DNA of 48,665 bases from Chiloscyllium plagiosum (Eukaryota). The translations under genes were made by a program, and so were the position numbers. Shown piece by piece: positions 25,671 to 38,202 of the stretch; positions within the stretch are counted from its first letter, which is position 1, and each line of letters begins with the position of its first letter. The notes under the pieces were generated by a model. It did no database searches. It was not told the origin of the DNA and saw nothing but the letters and a program-made list of their open reading frames with translations. Location: assembly GCF_004010195.1 (NCBI RefSeq), contig NC_057718.1, positions 23,200,773-23,249,437 of the forward strand, read 5' to 3'.

Positions 25671-26129
25671 TATAGTATATTGTATTGATTTAAAATACTC
25701 AGGAAAATTACAATACTTCTACCATAGCTTTGACTGGAATCAGGTAGCGCACTCTTGACTCGGGATCAAAACTTCCCTGGCCTGTGGAATTCTGAATTCT
25801 CACCTAGTGACATTACAACTACACCGCTACCTCACATGAGATTTCTCTAATTGAACCTGTTTAGGTTAGTGTCTACCCATGCATTTGGGTTCAAATTAGA
25901 TTATCTTTCAGAATGTCTTTACATGTAAGGTTGTGAAGTATTTTCATGGTCAGAAGTATTAGTATTTGCTTGTTATTCCAGATCTACTGAATTAACTGTA
26001 TTTAAGTATTCCAGCTGTCTGTGTGATTTGAAGTCAAGTATTTGGATCATTAACCCAGATCTGTAGTGGTTTGCTAGTACAGTAATGTACCAATACACGC
26101 TATTATGTCACCAATCTCCTCTTATTGGG

Positions 26130-26335
26130 TAGGCAATGGCTTTGTGATAATTCAAAATCTGGAGCTCATCTGCTTCACTAATGTCCTTCCGAGAAGGAAA
26201 TCTACTGCCGGTATGTTCTCAGGCCTATACGTGACTCCAGACCCACAGCAGTGTGATTGATTCCTGATTGGCTGTTCCGTAATTAGAGATGAGTAATAAA
26301 TGCTGGCCTAGCCAGAGATGCCTACATACTGTACA
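26130..26335 (+). mobile_element. tRNA-derived SINE remnant (family of 1322-1672)
   Basis: cactaatgtcctt..gtgactccagacccacagca..aataaatgctggcctagccagagatgcc. Confidence 0.65.
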
Positions 26336-27879
26336 TAGATTTTTTTTTAAAAAGATATTCCCCAGGATTGGATATCTGTACTTTTGCCCACAGTAAAGAT
26401 TAATAATTGCAGTTTTAACACTGCCAGTTCCAAACATCACCAATTAATCACCTATATTCTAAAATAAAATAGTGATGTGGGTGGAAGAATGTTAGTTAGT
26501 TATGAATTCTGTGTAAACACCATTAAACCTTTATTAAAGAGCTTCTGGAAAGCATTTGCAGCTTTCAAAGGAATGGAGCAGATAAGATGTGATTATATAT
26601 CAACTAGATAGATTCAAAACCACAGCTGTGTTAAGTTGTCCGCAATGTACTTTAAAGTATAAACAACCACTGGAGAAACACACAGAAGTTCTGAGGTTAT
26701 AATGTTCTCTTAATAAACAGTTTAAATACCCAAATTTTATCTGTGGAATGGTGCAACGTGTTCTGATGTATCATCATACTCAGTACTCAGAATGCTTCAT
26801 TTCAATTAACCTTGAGATATAGTCATGTTCTGGACTATAATCACAATGGAAATAAATCTACTTACTTTCCCAAAGACAGAATTTGAGGAAAATGGGAGTG
26901 AGGAGAAAATATAGGAGAACAGGAGGAAAGAAGCTTACGGTTGTGAGAAACGGATTTTAGTGACATGGTGTGGAATTCTGCAGGAGGTTCAGGAGCCATG
27001 GTGTTGTGGGAAAAGAAGCAGACAGAATAGAGTTGCAGGGTTTTTTTTTACAGATTGGCCCATTATGTGTGTGCTGGTTATCAAATATCTACCCATTCTA
27101 ATCCCATTTTCCAGCACTTGGTCTAGTCTTGAGATAATGAGTTGAGAAAGCAGGGACTGAGAAGTAGTAGGATGCTCAGCAACATACTTCTGAAAACCAT
27201 GGAGGTAGCAATGGTGATGCCATGAGAGGAATTTAAGGTGAGGATGAATCCACTTTTCAGCTACTGATGACAATTGATAAGGACATGAAAGATGGCAATA
27301 TCCATTTTACCTGTGATTTCAATGAGATCCCTGGATTTCCTGATTGTTTGTAGTTCCTAGATGATGGCAATGGGAAGCTGTTTAAGAAATGGGTTGGAGA
27401 AATGTGTTTAGGTAGGAGAGAATGAAAGTGCACATCTTTTTTAAGGCATAGGGATTAAAACTGAATTTAACCTTCAGCAGGATTCTGAAGATGAAAAAAC
27501 TGAACTCCTCAACAATTGTTTTCTAGTCATTGTAAGCTCCAAAGTTGTGTTTGTGGTACATGGTCACGCTTAGATGAAACTTGCTAGATGTAATATTGGT
27601 GACGGAGTTAGCACTCATGCAGTGAACGCGCATTGCAAATATGTGGAGAATCCAAATCATGAGACGTTTAAATGTTTTTATAATATAATTTATGAATGCA
27701 ACACGGCATTTCTACTTATGGTACCGTTCTGGAGCTCAGTGTTCCACTCGCAGCCTCATATTCAGCAGTGAGAAAGATCACCCCTGGCTCTATTTAAAGG
27801 TATCATCAACTACTTTCAGCTTAGTTGTTGTCTCATTCCTCCTGAGCTTTATTATCATTCTGCAAGTGATTGGTGCTTT

Positions 27880-28530
27880 CTGAAAAGATTATTTGTTTAC
27901 AAAGGTCTTAAGCTTGACACTGAGTCGCTGGTCTACAAGGCAGTAGCATTCCCCACCCTTCTGAATGCACTGGACGGGTGGATAATGTATAGCAAACATT
28001 CAAATCCCAAGTAAAATATCAGTAGTGATGCCTCTATAAAATCTTGCCAATTCAATGCAAGATAGGGGTTCCAATATCAGTGTCCACTGTTAGACCAACA
28101 TCTCCATCATCGAGGCATGCTTACTGCCAATGAGCCAGGTTGAGATGGCACCCGTCCACATACTTGACACAAGACTTCCCAAGCCAAGTTGTTTGCTCTG
28201 AGTTTCATCATGACAAGAGGTTACCAGGGAAACATAGAAAAGATTTTGAGGTCGTCTTCAAAACCTCCCTAAAGCAATGCAACATCCCCATCAACTCATG
28301 GGAATCCATCACCCAAGATCTCCCAAACTAGAGAGGAAGCATTTGAAGAAGTGCCATCAGGCCAAGGTAATGATCAAGTGTAAACAGTGGAAAAAGTGTA
28401 TGAAAACGTGAGCATCCCACCCAGCTGCCTCTTCAAACAGTACTTGTCCCACCTGTAGTAGAGTGTGGATCCAGCATGACATGTCTAGTCACCTCAAGAC
28501 CCACAAACCAGAGTACATGGAAGTCCCCCT
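27880..28530 (+). mobile_element. Degenerate RTE-clade LINE 3' fragment
   Basis: LVYKAVAFPTLL, RLPKPSCL-like and FEVVFKTSLKQCNIPINSWESITQD resemble the RTE RT C-terminus. Confidence 0.65.
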
Positions 28531-28547
28531 TGGTCTCAAGGGCTTAC

Positions 28548-28695
28548 CTCAGGAGAAGAAGAGGTCGGTGCTTTCTATAGTACTTTCAAGTGTAAAAGAA
28601 GACAAAGGCAGCTGTGGCTTTTCTTTAAGGACTTTGTACTGACTGCAAGGTTTCTTCAAAACCAACCCTGAAGGTTCCTTGTAGATGTACCCCTT
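28548..28695 (-). other. Candidate spliced exon (148 nt)
   Basis: Branch-like GCTAAC, acceptor ttatttcaag|, donor GAG|GTAAGC; longest frame ends TGA one base before the donor. Confidence 0.4.
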
Positions 28696-29769
28696 CTTGA
28701 AATAAATCACAACATGGGAGTTAGCAGAGGTCACTCAGAGTAGAGCAAGCTGTTAGAAGGGTGATATGGAGAAGGTTGTCGAGCAAGACACGGTTGGACT
28801 ATATAGCCCCAGTGTGTTCAGGGAAAGATTCTGCAACCTGAAGCTTAGGAATGAAGAATGTACAGTATAAAGTGACTGTACTTCAGTAAGAAAACCCTCA
28901 TGAAAATTAACCACCCACTGCCACCAAAACCACAACATCAAAGCAGGAGCGGATTAACCTGGCAGCGCGTGTGCCTGAGAAAGTTATCAAGGCAACGAAC
29001 CTTTATATGTCTGTCTTCTTCCAAACTGAAACTGACAGGTAATAGTGAGAGCATCGAAGGATTGACAATGGTAAAGTGATGGTCTTTGCCTTCCTGAGAG
29101 ATGGTAACACATTCATGCTCCACGGAGTCTCTGCAACTGCATGTGTAGCACCAATTTAAGCTGGCTGACTGATGAACGTCAACAAGGAAGGAGTTAGAGG
29201 TTGGAGATGGATGCTGTCTTCTTAAGAGAGGCAATTTTGCTGCATGGAGCAGAGTTTCACAAAGCTTGCCAGGTCATATTCACAACTTGCAAGGTTCCCA
29301 CCTCCTGCTGTAGTCAGAATAAGCATCTCCTTCGGGAGTTGCAGTTTATATTTAAACCATGCTGGCTAGCTTTGATTGGTGCTGAAACACTAAGAGTTTG
29401 GACCTTCTGCTGATGTATCCAGCCAATGAACAGCACGATGAGAGCTGGCTGCATCTAGCAATGCTTCTGAAGAGGAGACAGCACAAAGTTGGGATGTTGC
29501 TTGCATTACTTCGGACATTTGTGTGAGAATTACAGTTTGGGCGTCTCTCAATCTTTTTTCAGAGCTTTACAATTTTGGACTCTAATGTTCTGTGCATAGT
29601 CTGAGGGGACTGCCAGGAAGTGAGTCTGGAGCAGTATAAATATCACTAGCAGCTTCCAGGAGAATGGGATAGATGAGAACTGGTTACAATGTTAGTACGG
29701 ATTACTAACTGTAGAACTATATACAGAAACATGGCCGAGCAAGACTTCTTCCAGCAAGTCTCAGTCCCT

Positions 29770-30290
29770 GGAATCGGATGTTGTCATGACATCAGTAATG
29801 CCATACACCACCGACAAGGCACAAGTCAGGAGTGGGATGGAGTACTCCCCATGTGTCTGAGTGAGTACAGCTCCAAGCACAGTCAACAAGCTTGACAGAA
29901 TTTAGAACAGTGCAGTCTGATTGACAGGTACCATCTTCACTCCCATCACTTCACAGACAAGATGCAATCTTCACCAAAACTCATCCAGTAGCAACTTCCA
30001 AACTTGCAACCTTAGCCATCGAGAAGGACAGGGGCAGATGTATGGGAACAATACCAAATGTAAGTTCTGCTCTAAGCCACTCACCATCCTGACTTGTAAC
30101 CACATTACTTTTCCTTCACTGTAGTTGGGTTAAAATCCTGGAAATACCTTACTAGCACCACTGTAGGTGCACCTACTCTACAAGGACAGCTGTGATTCAA
30201 GAAGGCAGCTCCCCACCACCTTCTCGAGGACAATTAGCTTTGAGCAATAAATATGACCTATTTGAGGATTATCATGTCCATTGAATGTAT
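29770..30290 (+). mobile_element. Degenerate CR1/L2-like LINE 3' fragment
   Basis: KAQVRSGMEYSP motif; tail caattag..gcaataaat shared with the SINE family at 1322-1672. Confidence 0.65.
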
Positions 30291-32541
30291 CAGCATATTT
30301 TCTTTAAAAAGATGCAGTCCAACTATTAATATGATGCTTTTTAACCTTTATACAGGAGTCATAATTGTTTGCCAGAGGATGGCTGCATTTGTGCCAATAT
30401 TATACTAATGGATGAGTCATCCAAGTTATGTGAGCATTAAATCATTCTTGAACACTTGCAAGCCATGCTAAACATCACTAGGTTATCAGATAATGGTGTG
30501 AAATAATCTCCTTGGAAGAAAATAAATGATGCATTAAAACGAGAGAAGAAAATTGTAGTTTTAGTTCCTGTTTTAGCTTGTATGATCAAGAAAGAATTGC
30601 TCAAAATTTCCATAAGTACTGAGAATCTTTCTAAATGATGATCAGGAATCATAGCTGCCACTGTCACACCTGCAACAGCTGCCAGATACCTGTCAGAACT
30701 GCAATGTGGCAGTGCGTGATCCACTCAGTTGAGCTGCATTTAGTGCACCTGCTATTCTAAATACGTACTGTACTGGCATTTAGTGTTTTATTGGATTGTC
30801 ACAATCCAATGTCCTTAATTTAAAAGAATAAAACAATGCTGACACATACTGTCCCAGAGAAGCATCTCCATCCAAGAAGGCAATCAGTCAGTTGGCAAGC
30901 TGGTGGATTGTGACCATTACTGATGCATTTTGATGTGGCTTGATCAGATCTGTATGGGTTGTTTTGTGCATGACAACCACGTTCACTTCAGTTTTAACTT
31001 GAAAACTGATGTTGTCAGCTAATAAGAATGAGGTGCAGAAAGGGATGATTCATTTTCCTTTGACATATCAATGTTTGGATGTAGGTTCCGGCTGAACATT
31101 GTAAAATCTCCATAGCTTGAATAGCCTGTATAATATTGCCAATAAGCTCTAAAGGCTACCATTCTAACAGGAAACTGTTTTGACAATTTGTTCTTGGAAG
31201 AGCAAAAAGGTCATGATTTTATTTTGTCATTATGAAATATGTTTTGATCTGGTTTATACTGTTGTATCCCGTCCTCTCAAATAATTGAAATGCTTCCAAA
31301 CATAATCACATGTCAATGGAGACCTGTCCTGTTTAAAGCTAAACGACCAGGTGCCATTTTACAGGCTTGCCTTTCCGAAAGGTGACTTAAGTCAGCCATT
31401 GTTTCATCAGCCATCGAAGCTCAAAGCTTTAGAATTCTCTCCTCAAACCTCATTGCCAATGTGTAATTAATTTCTGTAATACAGGTTTCGGCTGTGAATG
31501 TAAGTTAATTAATGGCTGCCAATTTGATTGAAGTCATATTCTTCTGTCCCTTTGTAGTTGGTATGCCACGGGACCTCCCAGCATGCCTGTGCTTTAAAAT
31601 TCCAGATAGCTATTTTGGATAGAGGATTACAATGAGATTCAATTTCATTATAGATTCTATCTATTCATAGGATTACATACAACTTTATGGTTTCTGGCTA
31701 GGGAACACAGAATGTTCAAGCTCATTGCGTTCAGTTTGATATTAGTGCTACATTGAGGAATCTTCCAACAATGTTGTTATCAAGCCTTGGTTGGCCAACA
31801 ACTTTTATTTATATAACACTCTTGGTGTAGCAAGTGGTCTAAAGTGTTTCACAGGTGTCACTGTACATTCAGATAATAATTGGTACCAATTTACCAAAGG
31901 TTCCATAACAACTGGTGACTAAAAGAATATTGTAGGATGTAGATTTTAAGGAGCATCTTAAAATAAGTCATGCAGTCATACAGCACGGAAACAGGCCCTT
32001 CAGCCCAACTCGTTAATTCCAACCAGCTTTCCTAAACTAAAGCAGTCCCATTTGCCTGCATTTGGCCCATATCGTTCTAAACCTTGCCTATTGATGTACC
32101 TATCCAAATGTCTTTGAAATGCTGTAATTCTACTCAATTCTATCACTTCTTCTGGCAGCTCGTTCCATAAAAGCACCACCCTCTGTCTGAAAAAGTTGCT
32201 TTTCAGGTCGCTTTTAAATCTTTCTCCTCTCACTTAAACCTATGTTCTTTAGTTTTGGACTCCCCTACTGTGAAGAAAAATCTTTGCTATTCACCTTTTC
32301 TATTCCCCTCATGATTTTTTAAACCTCTAAGGTCACTCCTCAACTTCATATGCTCCAGGAAAACAAGATCCTAGCCTATCTAGCCCCTCCTTATAATTCA
32401 AACCCTCCAGTTCTGGTAACATCCTTTATTTGCACCTTTTTCAGTTTAATAAATCCTTCCTATAATGGGGCGACCAAAATTGTACACAGTGTCTTGTAGG
32501 GCTGCAACATTACGTCCCAAATTGTCTTCTTCATCAGCCTG

Positions 32542-32768
32542 GAGAAAATGAGGTCTGCAGATGCTGGAGATCAGAGATGGAAATGTGTTGCTGGAGAAGC
32601 GCAGCAGGTCAGGCAGCATCTAGGGAACAGGAGAATCGACGTTTCGGGCATTAGCCCTTCTTCAGCCCATCATTCCTGAAGAAGGGCTAATGCCCGAAAC
32701 GTCGATTCTCCTGTTCCCTAGATGCTGCCTGACCTGCTGCGCTTCTCCAGCAACACATTTCCATCTCT
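32542..32768. mobile_element. Young perfect fold-back PLE family A mini-element
   Basis: Perfect 93-bp inverted arms 32573-32665 / 32676-32768, 10-nt spacer, 31-nt tail, exact 17-bp TSD tcttcttcatcagcctg 32525-32541 / 32766-32782. Confidence 0.95.
32672..32707 (+). ncRNA. Minimal type I hammerhead ribozyme motif, intact core
   Basis: attc-CTGAAGA-a-GGGC-taat-GCCC-GAAACGTC-gatt; loopless palindromic ACGT helix III; weak helix I. Confidence 0.75.
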
Positions 32769-34334
32769 TCTTCATCAGCCTGTCTCTCTGTGATGCCACA
32801 TTCAAGGAACTATGCACCTGCACCCCTAGAAATCTCTGTTCAACAACATTCCCCAGGGCCCTATCATTAACTGTGTAAGCCTTGTCCTGGTTTGTCTTAC
32901 CAAAATACAACACAATACATTAACCTGCATTGCACTCCATCTGCCCTTCCTCAGCCCCCGGCCCAGCTGGTCAAGATCCCAATGCATTATTGGCTAACCT
33001 TCTTCACTGTCCACTATATCACCAATTTTTGCCTCCTATATCCTCATTCAAATCATTTAAATAAATGACAAACAACAGTGAACCAAGTGTGACTGCTGGT
33101 CACAGGCTTCTGGACAACAACCCTCCTCCACAACCCTCTGAATCCTGCCATCAATACCAATTGGCTAGCTCTCCTAGAATTCCAGTGAGATTTGGAGAGA
33201 TTTGATAAGAAATACCAGAGTTTGTGATGGTTAACTGCGCACATGACTATCATCATGGGCTGAAGCATGGCTGTAAGGGCTGGAGAAGTTTAGAGAAAGA
33301 GGAAAAAGTGAGGCCTCAAAGGAATTTAACCATGAGACTTTTAAATTTGAGACACAAACAGGTAGATGGTAAATGTAGCTTAGCAAGAATTCTAAAGGGA
33401 ACTTGTAATAAAGGTAATGCTCTAATCATAGGGATCATTGGATTGATGGAAGCTGATGGAAGCATCTCAAGAATGAGTTCATGAAAGATATTCAAAACAG
33501 TTCTAGCAAAATATATCATGCACTAGTCAGGGAAACTTTAGATTTTGTAATAAGATAATGCTAATTGATAACTTCATAGTAAGGGGTTCTTTGAGGAAGA
33601 ATGATCTTTATATGGTAACATTTCATGTTGATTTCAAGAATGACTGGCACTAGACTAATAAAATGAAATACAGTCAGTTACATAGGCATGAATAGCAAGT
33701 TGGCTCAGGTAGATTTGGATATTACATTTAAATGTATAATTCTAGAAAAGCAATGACAATCATGAGAAGGAACGCTTCATATTACTGAAAAGAGAGACTT
33801 GCTGCTGAACCTTATATCTTGCACTCATCAGGACAAATGCTAGAATGACAAATTTCAAAGGTTCACAAAAATGTATTTGGGAGAACTTTCTCATAGGATT
33901 AAAGGATGCTGATTCATTTGCAAACCAACTGTGATTGGCTGGAATGTTACTGTGAAGAAAGCAATGGAGAACTATAGCCTTCCATCCTTGGCATTCTCAC
34001 TTATTTCCTAGTAAAAACCTTTATCAACATGCGTTAAGAAATATTCAAATATTTCATACTGCTCAACAAAAATAAGTTCCATTGAAGCTTAAAATACTTA
34101 ATGAGAAAGGTAAAGAACATAAGAAAAATATCTTCTCAAGAAGAGGAGTAAGCTCGAGGAATGGCTGAGCTTTTGTTACAACGAAAGATTGACAAAGGCA
34201 AAGAAACTCTAATATGGGCCTAAAAACAGGCAGGCAAATCAAGCAAATCATAAATGCTTGCACAGATATGCCTAAAGGAAGAGCTTTGTGACAGTTAAAG
34301 TATTATTTTGGAGGACGAGGTAGGAAACATTATC

Positions 34335-34525
34335 GGCAGTTGGCTTAGTTCAGTGGCTGGAAGGTTGGTTTATGAAGCAGTGTGATCCCTACACCGTGGG
34401 AACAATTCCCCGCAACAGCTGAGGTTGCCATGAAGGACTCTCCTTCTCAACGTCTCCCCTCGTCTGAGATATGGTGGCTGTCAATGAGACAGCAGCCCAA
34501 TGGTCTGGTAAGACAATGATGACAC
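34335..34525 (+). mobile_element. Probable tRNA-derived SINE
   Basis: A-box-like TAGTTCAGTGG and degenerate B box ggaacaattcc. Confidence 0.45.
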
Positions 34526-35939
34526 ATAAACTAGAAGCGGAAATTATAACAGGGAATATGGAAATGGCACAGTTGTTAAATTAATGCAGTGAAGTACAAA
34601 AAGTAACCCATAAACAATGGGAAACCAAAAGAGAGTAAAGAGTAGGGATAAACACGTCAATTTTGGGTTGTCAATCGCGAACTAGTGAGTCCACAAGGAT
34701 GAGTGCTGGAGCCTCAAATGTTTGCAATTATAACAATTATTTGTATGAAGACATCAAGTATTTTGTGGCCAAATTTGCTGATAACACAAAGGTAGGTAGG
34801 AAAGTAAGTTGTCAAGGGGTTAGAAATTGCCTACTGAGAGATTTTAGTATGATAAATAAATTAGCAAAGATTTGACAAATGGAGCATAATGTGAGAAAAT
34901 GTGAGGCTCCCCTGTGGGTAGAGTATAAAAGTAAGGAAGAGTTGCCACAGCTGTACGGGGTCTTATTTAGACCACAACTTGAGTACTCTGCATAGTTTTG
35001 GTCTCCATACGTAAGAAATGAAATAGCAGCATTAAAAATAATTGAGAGAAGGTTCACTCAAAAGGAAGGATTGAACAGGCAGGCTCAAACCCGTTGGTGG
35101 TCAAAAGGATGAGCGGTGCTCTTATTAAAACATATAAGGTTCAGAGGGATGTTAACAGAGCGAATTCTAGAAAGATGATTAACTTTGTTGAATAGCCTAG
35201 AACCAGGGGACACAACTTAAAACTCAAGGATCTCACATTTAGGACTTGAGGTAAGTAGATTTTTTTTTAAAGTTCGGATCATTAGTTTATGGAATTATCT
35301 ACCCCAATGAGCAACGGAGGTTGGGTCATTAAATATAACCTTGGCTGAGTTAGGTAGCTTCTGATAGAAAACGGAGTCAAGGGTTTTGAGAGCAAAACAG
35401 TAAAGTGGTGTTCAGCACACAACCAGATTTGCTGTGATCTTATTGGACGATGGAGCAGCTTGACAGGCTGGGTGACCTATTCCTGTTCCTAATTTTTGCA
35501 TGAAACCAAGACTGAGAAAGTACCTAATATCAGGAAAAGGGGACTAACTAGAGAAGTAAATGAGAATCAAAGCTAACAGCATCCTACAGTTTGGTTTTAA
35601 TGAACACCAGTGTGAGGCCTATGTTATGAAAGAGAGATGTTGTTTGAAAAATCTAGTAGGATTTTTGAAGATCTAACTAAAAGGGGTGCTAAACAGAACC
35701 AGTTGATGCAATATATTTGGACTTTGGAAGAACATTTGATCAGGAACCATTCCAAAAGTTGTCGTGTGTAAGAGGTCACAGTGTCAGAAGTGATACATTA
35801 GCATGGATAGTTGGTTAGTTAAAACAGAAAGCAGAGAATGGGTATAGATAGGTAACTTTTGGGTTGGTAGGCTGTTACTAATTTAACCTTGAGAAGGGAA
35901 AAAAAATTAAAACTTGAAAATGATACAAATAACTTATGA

Positions 35940-36390
35940 TGAAATGTTACGCTGAAAGACTGGAGCGACTGGGCTTGTATACCCTTGAGTTTAGAAGACT
36001 AAGAGGGGATCTGATTGAGACATAAGATTATTAAAGGATTGGGCACTCTGGAGGCAGGAAACATGTTTCCGCTGATGGTTGAGTGCCGAACCAGAGCACA
36101 CAGCTTAAAAATACGGGGTAGACCATTTAGGACAGAGATGAGGAGAAACTTCTTCACCCAGAGAATGGTGGCTGTGTGGAATGCTCTGTGCCAGAGGGCA
36201 TTGGAGGTCCAGTCTCGGGATTCATTTAAGAAAGAGTTGGATAGAGCTCTCAAGGATAGTGGAATCAAGGATTATGGAGATAAGGCAGGAACAGGATACT
36301 GATTAAGGATGATCAGCCATGATCATATTGAATGGTGGTGCAGGCTCGAAGGGCAGAATGGCCTATTCCTGCACCTATTGTCTATTGTTG
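35940..36390 (+). mobile_element. Relatively young CR1 3' fragment
   Basis: ORF 36015..36302 RTRAHSLKIRG..RNFFTQRMVAVWNAL; ends ctattgtctattgt. Confidence 0.9.
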
Positions 36391-36981
36391 ATGATTTCGA
36401 CTTTGCTAGAGTTAAGAAGGATGAGTGGACATCTAATTGAGGTTTATAAGATGTGAAAGGGGATTGATACAGTGGATGTAGAATGGATTGTGGGGCAATC
36501 TAGAAAGAGAAGTCACAGTTTTAGGCTGAGGGCCAGCAGGTTTAAAACAGAGAAGAGGAAGAATTACTTCTCTCAAAGTGTCATGGATCTGTGGAATTCA
36601 TCACCCTATACTATGGTGAACATCAGGACACTGAGTAAGGTTAAAGAGGAGATAGACAGATTTCTAATTATAAATGGATTGAGGAGTTATGAGTAACAGG
36701 CAGGAAAATTGAGTTGCGACTGAGACGAGAGCAGCAACGATTGTATTAAATGACGGAGCAGGCTTGAGGGGCTGAATTACCTTTTTCTGCTCCTAGTTCT
36801 TATGTTCCTTAGCTGTACATGTGAAAATCAAACTTCAACATGACCAGTCCATTCATTTCAAAGTTTTGCCACTGAATGTCGAATTGACTTTCCCCTGTAC
36901 ATAAAAGAACTGTGTGTGATGTATCCTAATTTTCTGGAGATAAAAAAATTAGGTGGAAAAGTAGGCCCTGAGGAAGGCCCA

Positions 36982-37432
36982 GGCCATCTGAATTTTCTCA
37001 CCCCTTAGGAGATGAGTTTGGAGATAGGAGACTGGGAAATGCTCAGGAAACTTCAGTAAGATGGCTCCCAAATTGTATTTCTACATCCAGATAATATTCT
37101 GAGAGTCAGGCTGCCATGAGAATCATGGGTTTGCTCCACTGAGGCTGGAAGGCGCATCTTCTACCCAGAGCTGAGCCTTCCCAATGTTGGGCAGACTCCT
37201 TGATGAGGCTGGAACACAGCAATGCTGCAGAGGCATCTTCTCACCAGGAGGTGGCAGGGTGGAGGGTGTCTGAATTAAATTGGCAACACCCAGAGGGCCA
37301 CAATGGGCACACGGCCCCAGCACTGGTTGCAGACATTATTCTGATGAGATTAGTCCTTCACCTTTAATCTCACAGAAATGAGAGAACTTTGTGAACAGAT
37401 CTATTTTGAGGTGCACCCTAGAAATTCAGGCC
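36982..37432. mobile_element. Possible MITE inserted in a CR1 RT fragment
   Basis: Imperfect short TIRs ctgaattttct / agaaattcag; CR1 sequence KLGGKV..EE precedes and QRDI follows. Confidence 0.45.
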
Positions 37433-38154
37433 AAAGGGATATTGTGAGTGGGCGAGGTGGAGTACAATATGGGAGAGAGGAGAAATCTCTTTAGCCCCTC
37501 AAAACTGCACTGGCACTCGCTGAAATAATTATTAATTTGTGACCTAACTTCATTTATCCAGATGTGCCTTAATACTTTCGGAAAACAAAATTCTAACATT
37601 TTTCAGTTTAACTTGGATCAGTCGCTGTTTGTGGAAGAGGATTCCAAATTGTACCATTTTTTAGACTTCTGAATGGGCCTGTCAAATTTTAAATTTAACC
37701 TTGATCTCATTCTCTGCAGCCATAACGTTGTATTCTTCACTTTGCTCTATTACCATTAGACATTTTGCATGGTGTGATCTGCCTGTACTGAACACAATAC
37801 AACATTTTTCACTGTGCCTAAGTACATGTGACAATAACAAACCAAGTTTTAATGTCAGGGGTGTTTCCTAATTTCAGACCGCTGATCGGTCTGGTTCTAA
37901 GGATTACACCATGCTACCAATCCCCAAATTTATAGTATCGGATTTCCTTAATAGCTCAAAATATTGAAATAACCACCTCCTAATCTTCTAAACGCCAGTG
38001 AACATCACCCTCAAATTCTGAGAGAGCTTGATTAGGTGCATGGATAGAGAATCTTGAGCCATGCAGCATAGTATCGAGATAAAGGACTCATCTTGGACCA
38101 AGATGAGTTGAAACATCTTTACTCAGAGGGTTGTGAATAACCCTCCCCACAGCA

Positions 38155-38202
38155 AACACACACACACACACACACACCACCACCACCCCCACCACCCCAT
38201 CC
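38155..38202. repeat. (CA)n/(CAC)n microsatellite within a CR1 3' fragment (~37990-38370)
   Basis: Direct inspection. Confidence 0.9.

Larger units (their letters stand above)
31967..33190 (-). mobile_element. CR1 3' fragment interrupted by a fold-back element
   Basis: ORF 32000..32233- FFRQRVVLLWNELPEEV; ORF 32662..32913- begins CR1 RT C-terminal sequence. Confidence 0.9.
33370..36810 (+). mobile_element. Cluster of old, fragmented CR1 copies
   Basis: KFADNTKVGRKV (34663..34875), RPQLEYSA, YLDFGRTFD-like fragments and several CR1 3' ends. Confidence 0.75.

Noticed and set aside
15345..32768. Hairpins as DNA-transposon MITEs, miRNA genes or CRISPR-like repeats
   Set aside because: Long variable TSDs, asymmetric ends and identity with a PLE 3' end point to retrotransposition; no spacer array; miRNA processing unsupported
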